Positions 9,341 to 15,285 of a DNA stretch of 64,000 nt are shown piece after piece. This DNA comes from Myxococcota bacterium (lineage in GTDB: Bacteria; Myxococcota_A; UBA9160; JAFDDA01). Numbering within the stretch: the first letter of the stretch is position 1; the number at the start of each line of letters is the position of its first letter. The stretch is taken from positions 4,768,262 through 4,832,261 of the forward strand of contig OZ245817.1 in NCBI GenBank assembly GCA_965228475.1. The letters are read 5' to 3'. The notes beneath the pieces were generated by a model, which was not told where the DNA came from, did no database searches, and saw only the letters and a list, made by a program, of their open reading frames with translations. Position numbers and translations under genes: made by a program.

Positions 9341-9374
9341 GGACGCGGGCTCGGTTCCCGCCGCCTCCACAACC
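9341..9374 (+). pseudogene. tRNA/tmRNA 3'-end-like fragment (T-arm plus acceptor 3' strand), degenerate
   Basis: GGACGCGGGCTCGGTTCCCGCCGCCTCCACAACC contains a GCGGG/CCCGC T-stem and a CTCCAC acceptor-like tail, as in bacterial ssrA 3' ends. The loop CTCGGTT departs from TTCRANY, there is no CCA, and no upstream body is possible because proB ends 43 nt before it. Confidence 0.5.
9355..9370 (+). repeat. left copy of the island-flanking direct repeat (TTCCCGCCGCCTCCAC)
   Basis: Matches 16661-16676 (TTCCCGCCACCTCCAC) at 15/16 positions. Read directly from the sequence. Confidence 0.7.
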
Positions 9375-9711
9375 AGTCTCTTTGCTGATCTCTAGCGGGT
9401 CGCTTGTGAGTCTGACGGCTTCAGCTCCCTTCACGCCCGCTTCGTCTTGGACATCGGGCGACGACTGCCGGGAGGCTTGGGTGCCACGTTCCCTAGGAGC
9501 AGGATCGGCACCGCCTCCACCATCATCGCCGCTCCCACTACCGGGAGCGTCACCACGATCGCCAGCATGGTCGCCAACACCAGCAGGGGAGGCATCGTCG
9601 GACGACGATGGTGAAGAGGACGAGGTAGACGAAGTTGATGAACAGGACGAGGCAGAACGACTAATGGCAGTGGGGCTGATCCGACGGCCAGAGTGTCGGG
9701 CGACCAACCTC

Positions 9712-10575
9712 CTAGGATCGTTCGCGGAGACCACCTAGGAACTCGTCGACCGTGGCAACGGCCTGCTGTCGAAGTCTGGCGTTCTCGTCGTTGTTCCCCG
9801 GAGCGGCCAGAAAAGACGCATAGGCGTTCGGGCCGTCCCGACCTACATCAGCGAACCGATCTTCGAGAAGCACCAGGGCGTCGATCACTTGGGGGTGCTT
9901 GATGACATCACTCGATGAGCATCTGCGACCAGCAGCTCGCGGGCCGTCAGCGTGATTCAAGAGCGTGAAGACCAGATCGTACGCGTCCTTGTTGGCATGA
10001 CGGTCCTGAAAAGCAAAGATCTTCAAGACGGTGTACGGAAGGACGTTCGCTACCTGCACTGTGACTCGGGACCGCCCTCCGCCATCGAGCCGCTCGCCCT
10101 CAATCTCGCGCTCCAAATAATCTCTGCGAACGAGCTGCGCCCCCCGGACGTTGAAAGCACCGAGTTTCGTTCCCGCATTCTCGCCCTTCGGTTTAAAGAT
10201 CCGGCCGTCCTCTACCTCGTCCGTCTCGCAGAGAAACTCCACCAGAACCGGGATGCCATCGACGTCTCTGGACCACTGAAAGCTGTGCTCACGCTGAACG
10301 AACTCAGCGGTTAGCAGGTTGTTCTGCAGGGTCCGGTACGTCTCGGGCGTCTCGTCACCAAGAGCGATGCCGATGACGAGATCAATGTCTGTGGTGCCCA
10401 CGTGCGGCTGCACTCCCTCTGGGAGCTGGCTGACCAGGTATCTCGGCGCGAGCCCTCCGGCGAGGAAGATCCGTTCCCTCCACGGCCCGAGGTCACCAAG
10501 CAGCGTGAGCAGGACCCGCTCGCAGCGCGCCGTCGTTTCCTCGTCGTAGCTGGAGCGGTGCCCTCGATTGGTCAA
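9712..10575 (-). CDS. nucleotidyltransferase, AbiEii-like toxin candidate
   Basis: ORF 9712..10575. NTase-like motif FLAGGLAPRYL..HVGTTDIDLVIG. The TTG start overlaps the stop of the upstream AbiEi-like gene (TTGA). The family call is by resemblance only. Confidence 0.5.
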   Translation of the reverse strand: MTNRGHRSSYDEETTARCERVLLTLLGDLGPWRERIFLAGGLAPRYLVSQLPEGVQPHVGTTDIDLVIGIALGDETPETYRTLQNNLLTAEFVQREHSFQWSRDVDGIPVLVEFLCETDEVEDGRIFKPKGENAGTKLGAFNVRGAQLVRRDYLEREIEGERLDGGGRSRVTVQVANVLPYTVLKIFAFQDRHANKDAYDLVFTLLNHADGPRAAGRRCSSSDVIKHPQVIDALVLLEDRFADVGRDGPNAYASFLAAPGNNDENARLRQQAVATVDEFLGGLRERS

Positions 10576-11624
10576 AACCCGATCACCTCTCTCCGTAGAT
10601 GGTCTGCCTGCTCCGTACCCCTTCGGGGATCGCTGCGTAGATCGACGTAGAGACGAAACTTGTTGACCAGACAGAGATTGTTGGTCAGCTCGCGAAAAGC
10701 GAGAGGTGCGTCGTGCCTAGATTGAAGGAATGTGACGTTCTGACCTTCGGTGACTGGCCTGGCACCAGTCACTTCGTGCAACTCTTCAACAGCCGCTGTT
10801 GCTCCTACCCAGACCTCGATGACAGGTACCGCAGTAATGAACGGAGCGATCAAGGTCCCGGCCGCAGCGCCTGTAAGCGCATACTCGATATGGCCTCTTG
10901 TGAGACGTTCGGCTAGCTCCTGGATCACCCGCTGGGGTGTCTGCTCGAGGAGATAGGCTGGGGTCCGAGTTGGTCGATCCGCGTTCTCCTCTGCCCAGAG
11001 ATCGAGGAGCGCGGCCGGGTTGGCGAGGCGCCGAACTCTCTTTGGCCCCGCGCCTTCCGTGGCGACGATCTCCTCGAGTTCCAGGCGGGTGAGTACGCGG
11101 TGCGCAAGCGCGGCCGACGTTTGCGCCTTGTCCGCAAGGTCTGCGACCTGCCAGTCACGATCCGGTTGCAGCAGCAATGCCTGGGCAACGATCCCAGCCT
11201 TTCCTCGCAAACGTGTCGGCCGTACCGCGGCAGCGTGCTTCGACGGCTTGCGCCGACCTGCGAGGTGGTAAACGAGGCCGGGCAGCTCAATGTGGGCGTT
11301 GCCCAGGCCGTCGATCAATGCGACGCCATGCTCCTTCAGAATTTCCCGCGCCGCGGTCGTGGTCTCGCCAGCGACGAGGAGCAGCGGCAAATCCGGTCGC
11401 TCGTGCGCAATATGTACGAGCTGCCAAGCGGTCGCGGTGTTCGCTCGCTGCTTGAACTCAACAGCAACCGCTGTCTGAGTCCCGGCGTATCGCACGATGG
11501 CATCAACGCGCCGATCGGGGTCGGGCGGCTCGGCGACGACCGTGAGGCCGGGGACCTCGCGGAGGATTCGGAGCGCCTCAGCTTCAAAGGCTCCGGTGAT
11601 ATTTACCATTTCTCTTTTATTCAC
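10572..11624 (-). CDS. AbiEi-like antitoxin/transcriptional regulator with a PD-(D/E)xK-like N-terminal domain
   Basis: ORF 10572..11624. N-terminal D..E.K pattern (RVDAIVRY..VAVEFKQR), a central wHTH-like segment (WQVADLADKAQTSAALAHRVLTRLELEEIV), and a C-terminal domain like the one paired with AbiEii-type NTases. Confidence 0.5.
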   Translation of the reverse strand: MNKREMVNITGAFEAEALRILREVPGLTVVAEPPDPDRRVDAIVRYAGTQTAVAVEFKQRANTATAWQLVHIAHERPDLPLLLVAGETTTAAREILKEHGVALIDGLGNAHIELPGLVYHLAGRRKPSKHAAAVRPTRLRGKAGIVAQALLLQPDRDWQVADLADKAQTSAALAHRVLTRLELEEIVATEGAGPKRVRRLANPAALLDLWAEENADRPTRTPAYLLEQTPQRVIQELAERLTRGHIEYALTGAAAGTLIAPFITAVPVIEVWVGATAAVEELHEVTGARPVTEGQNVTFLQSRHDAPLAFRELTNNLCLVNKFRLYVDLRSDPRRGTEQADHLRREVIGF

Positions 11625-11658
11625 CGCACCGGTAAATATAGGTATTTCGGTAAATATA
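11598..11658. promoter_or_regulatory. AT-rich operator/promoter candidate: three copies of GGTAAATAT(A)
   Basis: The plus strand has CGGTAAATATA at 11630-11640 and 11648-11658 as a direct repeat. An inverted copy, GATATTTACC, lies at 11598-11607. The set straddles the AbiEi-like start codon (GTG 11624; alternative ATG 11609). Confidence 0.35.
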
Positions 11659-11798
11659 TCCAGAAGGCTTAGCCCGCAGCTTGACCCCCCAACTAAGAAA
11701 ATTTTCCCTTTTATTTCAGATAGTTACTACCCCGATTCGCACACAGCCAGAGGCCGCGTCCTGGAGCACTGCGCCAAGGTCGATGCCTTCGACGGCCC

Positions 11799-12161
11799 CT
11801 AAGGGGAGCAACGCCCCCGCGAGTCGTATGCCCAGTCAACGCCGCCCCGACGCAGGAAGAAGTGACTCTTGCAGCCAACCGTCCTTCGAATCGACGGGTG
11901 AAGGGTGATCGTACCGCTCTTGTGAGGCACCGCGCTCCAACGTGGGCGAATTGTGGGCAGGGTGTTGAGCTGGATGAGCTCGCCGCACTCGCACGGGCAC
12001 AAGAAGCAGACGAACCAAAGATGCCCGCCTTCGCCGACCAGGTAGAGGGCGCCAGCCTCCGGCTCGTCGGGGATATCGTGAGTGGTGCGGTTGCGGTACG
12101 GCGCCGGGCGCCCGCGAAGTTGCTCCCAGGCCCGGGTCAGCCAGTACAGCAGGCCCTCCAC
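11799..12161 (-). CDS. DUF6527-like Cys/His-cluster protein (candidate Zn-binding partner of the Ubl system)
   Basis: Last 121 codons of ORF 11799..12305. The GTG at 12159-12161 overlaps the E1 stop by 1 nt (TAGTG), with a GGAG SD 8-9 nt upstream. Motifs FVCFLCPCECGELIQLN ... HPSIRRTVGCKSHFFL. Confidence 0.65.
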   Translation of the reverse strand: MEGLLYWLTRAWEQLRGRPAPYRNRTTHDIPDEPEAGALYLVGEGGHLWFVCFLCPCECGELIQLNTLPTIRPRWSAVPHKSGTITLHPSIRRTVGCKSHFFLRRGGVDWAYDSRGRCSP

Positions 12162-13555
12162 TACTTGCTCTCCTTCTTCGCGCTCAGCATGGGCAGCCCA
12201 AGTGGCGGGCTCGAATCGCCTCGGCCGACGCACTTCGCAAGGGCTGCATCTACCTCGTAGTCGCACTCCGCCTTCACGATCTGGAACAGCCCAGAGTGGG
12301 ACCACATGAGCGAGGCGAGCTCGGCGTTGTCCTCGAGGCGAAACGGATGCAGTCGCGCCAGGAAGTCGAGCACGGCGGCTGCGGAGTAGAACATGTTCAC
12401 GGGCGCCACCGCCGGGCGACCGACCTCGACGCCGGTGATGTATTTCTCGTCGCGCTCCGCGGCGAAGGCCTCCGGGTCGGCGCGCTGGAGGTTCGCCGCC
12501 CGAAGCTGCTCGCCCGTATACAGGCCGCGAGTGAGCAGGCTCGAGAGCCCCGGCTGCAGGTAGTGCACCGTGCCGCAGACCTGGTCGATGCCGCCCGCGC
12601 CGTCCGCGATCAGCCGGACCCCAACGTCAAAGTAGGGCAGGGCGTAGAAGGCGGCGAGGCGGTTCAGCAGGTGTCGCCCGTCGATCGAATCGACGCAGCC
12701 GAACACTATGTCCACACCGGCTACTGCGGTAAGGGCATGCGGGTGCTCGAGCTCGTGCGGGATGATCTCCACCTGCGTGCCGAGGCCGAGCGCTTCGACG
12801 CGATCGCGGAGCACCTCCACCTTGAGGCGCCCGACGTCGGCCGCCGTCGCCCCGTCGATGCGGTTCAGGTTCTTCTCCTCGACATCGTCCGGGTCCACGA
12901 GCACCAGCTGCCCGATCTCGAGTTTGGAGAGCAGGTCCACCACCCAGCTCCCGGTGCCGGACGTACCGACCACCGCCGCGCGGAGCCCGCGGAGCGTGCT
13001 GTAGGTGCCGTCGCCGAAGACCTGGGCGTTGCGCTCGCCGGCGGCGCTCACGGCCGTCTCAAGCGGCGTGGAGATGTGGATGTCGGCGCCAACGATCATG
13101 ATGGACGAGAGCGGCCCGTGGGTGCCGTCCTCGAAGTGAGCGCGGGCGATCAGCCGCCGGCCCGGCAGCAGGATGGCGCTCGCGTGCGGCAGCCCATCAT
13201 CGAGCCATCCATGAATGGACGGGAACAGCGCGTCGTCGGCCGCGTCGTCCGTGATGCTGAACGCCGCGCAGCCGCTCGGGTGGCTGTGCACCTTGAGGAT
13301 GGCCATGCTCTCCTTCGTGGCCTCGACCAGCAGGGGCTGCAAGAACTCGGTCTTCCAGGTGAGGAGGTCCTGCTCGCGGCGCTGATACTGGTCTTCGGGC
13401 ACTGGCACGACACGGTGCCCGACCAGGCGATGACGGCCGCCGTGCTCGTGGCGACCGCAGAGCACGACGGCGCCGGCCTCGAGCCCATCCCCGGGGAAGA
13501 GCGCCCCTTCGAGCTCGGTGAGCTGCGCTTCGGTGAGCGTGAGCGATACGTCCAT
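12161..13555 (-). CDS. JAB/JAMM metalloprotease - ThiF/E1-like adenylyltransferase fusion
   Basis: ORF 12161..13681 trimmed to the ATG at 13553-13555 (MDVSLTLTEAQL), which overlaps the E2-like stop by 1 nt (TGATG). It has an exact JAMM motif, HSHPSGCAAFSITD (HxHx7Sx2D), with an upstream Glu. The E1 Rossmann segment is VVGTSGTGSWVVDLLSKLEIGQLVLVDPDDVEEKNLNR plus FGCVDSIDGR. Confidence 0.85.
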   Translation of the reverse strand: MDVSLTLTEAQLTELEGALFPGDGLEAGAVVLCGRHEHGGRHRLVGHRVVPVPEDQYQRREQDLLTWKTEFLQPLLVEATKESMAILKVHSHPSGCAAFSITDDAADDALFPSIHGWLDDGLPHASAILLPGRRLIARAHFEDGTHGPLSSIMIVGADIHISTPLETAVSAAGERNAQVFGDGTYSTLRGLRAAVVGTSGTGSWVVDLLSKLEIGQLVLVDPDDVEEKNLNRIDGATAADVGRLKVEVLRDRVEALGLGTQVEIIPHELEHPHALTAVAGVDIVFGCVDSIDGRHLLNRLAAFYALPYFDVGVRLIADGAGGIDQVCGTVHYLQPGLSSLLTRGLYTGEQLRAANLQRADPEAFAAERDEKYITGVEVGRPAVAPVNMFYSAAAVLDFLARLHPFRLEDNAELASLMWSHSGLFQIVKAECDYEVDAALAKCVGRGDSSPPLGLPMLSAKKESK

Positions 13556-13959
13556 CACCTGGGCCTCAAGGCGAACTCGCGCTCGAGCCAGAAGTGCACG
13601 AGCGCCAAGTGGGAGCCGACGTCGTCGACGCCGGGCCGCCAGGGATTTTGACCGGTGCGGTGGCGCGACCAGCGCTGCCACGACTTCCCTTCGAACTGGT
13701 CCGCCGAGATCTGCGGGATGGCGACGCCGTCGATGCGCGCGAGCGCAGGCAGGAAGTAGACCATGTCGATCTGCGTCTCGGGATAGGCGGGCTCGATGCG
13801 CAGGTTCAACGTGGCGCGGTCGTGCTTGTAGCCGGGCGGGATCGGGAAGTCGTGAATGATCAACCGGCCGACGCCCCCGGCGCGCACGGTCTCCCAGGGG
13901 AGGCCCTGCGCGTCGAGGAACTCGACGTCTCCTTCGGGAAGCTCGAACTCACGGCGCAT
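13555..13959 (-). CDS. E2/UBC-fold protein (prokaryotic E2 family E-like), cysteine-free
   Basis: ORF 13555..13959. E2/UEV-like beta-meander pattern GRLIIHDFPIPPGYKHDRATLNLRIEPAYPETQIDMVYF, then WQRWSRH..WRPG. The 134-aa translation contains no Cys. Its ATG overlaps the Ubl stop by 1 nt. Confidence 0.6.
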   Translation of the reverse strand: MRREFELPEGDVEFLDAQGLPWETVRAGGVGRLIIHDFPIPPGYKHDRATLNLRIEPAYPETQIDMVYFLPALARIDGVAIPQISADQFEGKSWQRWSRHRTGQNPWRPGVDDVGSHLALVHFWLEREFALRPR

Positions 13960-14264
13960 CAGCGCGACCCCTCGGTCTGATCGAGGGGCAGCGTCACGAA
14001 GCGCTCAACTCCCTTGCGGGTGAAGTCGACCTTCGTGTCGGCCAGCACCTGCTGCATCTCCCCGCCGCGAAACTTCTCGAAGAGCTGAAACTCGGCGGGC
14101 TTCTTGCCGACGAGCTCGAGGATCTCGGCGCCTGTCAGGCAGGGTTCGTGCACGACGTGGCGCTCACGATCGATGCGAATGCGGTAGCGGCGGCAGCGCG
14201 GAGGAGTGCGATCCTCCTTGGCATACCGTTCCAGGTCGACGACTTCGTCGTTGTGCTCGGTCAT
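13959..14264 (-). CDS. ubiquitin-like protein, single 'multiubiquitin'-type beta-grasp domain
   Basis: ORF 13959..14264 (101 aa). The pattern YRIRIDRERHVV..LTGAEILELVGKKPAEFQLFE..VDFTRKGVERFVTLPLDQTEGSR resembles the multiubiquitin domain family. It is the first gene of the cassette, with a GGAG SD. Confidence 0.6.
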   Translation of the reverse strand: MTEHNDEVVDLERYAKEDRTPPRCRRYRIRIDRERHVVHEPCLTGAEILELVGKKPAEFQLFEKFRGGEMQQVLADTKVDFTRKGVERFVTLPLDQTEGSR

Positions 14265-14305
14265 GAGTGTCTCCTCTGAGATGGAGCGACTTCGGTGTCG
14301 CTCTA

Positions 14306-14340
14306 CCCTCTATGCCGGCCTCAGGCCGGTTTCAGGACAC
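14306..14340 (-). promoter_or_regulatory. promoter-like motif copy A (upstream of the Ubl cassette)
   Basis: The minus strand reads GTGTCC-N16-CCGGCATAGAGGG and ends 41 nt upstream of the Ubl ATG. It matches 16537-16571 at 26/35 positions, with identical end blocks. Confidence 0.4.
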
Positions 14341-14349
14341 ACGGACGGA

Positions 14350-15285
14350 TCAGTCGAGGGCGGAGAGAACCGAAGCGGCGTCGGGGAGCACCCGCAGGTG
14401 ACGGCCCAGCGTCAGGACGGCGTAGCGGTTCGAGAACGACTCGAAGAGGAACTCGTGGGCTTCGCCGTTGCGGTCCGTGAGGATCGTGGTCTTCTCACCG
14501 AGCGGCCCCCCGCGAGCAGGACGGCAGTAGCTGGCGATGATCGCGAAGAGCGACTGCTCGGTGGTGCTGCCAAAGCGCTCGCGATACGACGGGGACTCGA
14601 TCACGTGCTTGCAGGGAGCAGCGGGGTCGAAATCGGCGTCCGGTCGGTTCGGGTTCCCGCTGATGATCCCCACCATGGGCGTGTCGGCGTGCGCCTCCTC
14701 CACGAAGCGCCAAAGCGTCGAGCTCAGCGTGTTCTCAAAGGTCTTCTTCAGGTCCTGCACGCTGTCGAAGGACACAGGAAGGTCGTTCGCCTCGTCGGAG
14801 AACCGGTTGGCAAGGAAGATGAGCTGGCCGGCGGCGTAGTTCGCCTCAGCCTCCGTCGCATGGCGGCAGGCCGGGTCGAGGTTCTCGACGTCGTCGCCGT
14901 AGGCGTATCGGCCGTGCCAGGGGCACATCTGGTGCCCATGCTCATGCGCTTCGAGCCATCGATGCTTCAGGGGGTGAACGTCGCCATCGATGAGGATGCG
15001 CTTGCGGTCGGGAAGCCAAAGAGCCCGGAGCTCGGCCTTGCGCACGACATCGAGAAGGAGGCTCGGTCGCAGCGCGAGCTGCTTGCTCGCAACCCGGATG
15101 CGGCTGGCCATCTCCTGCAGGGCAGAGTCGTCCGTCGAGCTGAAGTACTTCAGATCGAGTTCGCGGAGATCTCGCACGTCGGCGAGATCAAGGGGTGGCT
15201 CAGGGTTGCCGAGCGCACGAAGCGTCTTTCCGACAATGACCTTGATGTCCTCGGCTTCCCGGGCACCGATCGTGAAGTTCTTCAT
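14350..15285 (-). CDS. ImmA/IrrE-family HExxH metallopeptidase
   Basis: ORF 14350..15357 trimmed to the ATG at 15283-15285 (MKNFTIG). The start has a GGAGGAG SD and overlaps the upstream stop (ATGA). Zinc motif WLEAHEHGHQM (HEHGH). Confidence 0.8.
   Translation of the reverse strand: MKNFTIGAREAEDIKVIVGKTLRALGNPEPPLDLADVRDLRELDLKYFSSTDDSALQEMASRIRVASKQLALRPSLLLDVVRKAELRALWLPDRKRILIDGDVHPLKHRWLEAHEHGHQMCPWHGRYAYGDDVENLDPACRHATEAEANYAAGQLIFLANRFSDEANDLPVSFDSVQDLKKTFENTLSSTLWRFVEEAHADTPMVGIISGNPNRPDADFDPAAPCKHVIESPSYRERFGSTTEQSLFAIIASYCRPARGGPLGEKTTILTDRNGEAHEFLFESFSNRYAVLTLGRHLRVLPDAASVLSALD

Noticed and set aside
9431-9595. 54-codon hydrophobic ORF (MPPLLVLATMLAIVVTLPVVGAAMMVEAVPILLLGNVAPKPPGSRRPMSKTKRA) on the minus strand in the island's left-end debris
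   Set aside because: It has no Shine-Dalgarno. A neighbouring frame also encodes a hydrophobic stretch (FCLVLFINFVYLVLFTIVV), which suggests a frameshifted remnant of a membrane-protein gene rather than a live small gene. The evidence is too weak to call.
9375-9711. Integrase or recombinase remnant expected next to the att-like repeat
   Set aside because: None of the six frames shows tyrosine- or serine-recombinase motifs (no R..HxxR..Y pattern). The segment is too short and low-complexity. The absence is recorded rather than a pseudogene called.
12162-12305. Longer version of the DUF6527-like ORF (start at 12305) and the longer JAB-E1 ORF (start at 13681)
   Set aside because: The extensions overlap the upstream genes by 126-144 nt and are Arg-rich. 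Internal starts with SD sequences create the same 1-nt overlap pattern at every junction, so the trimmed starts are preferred.
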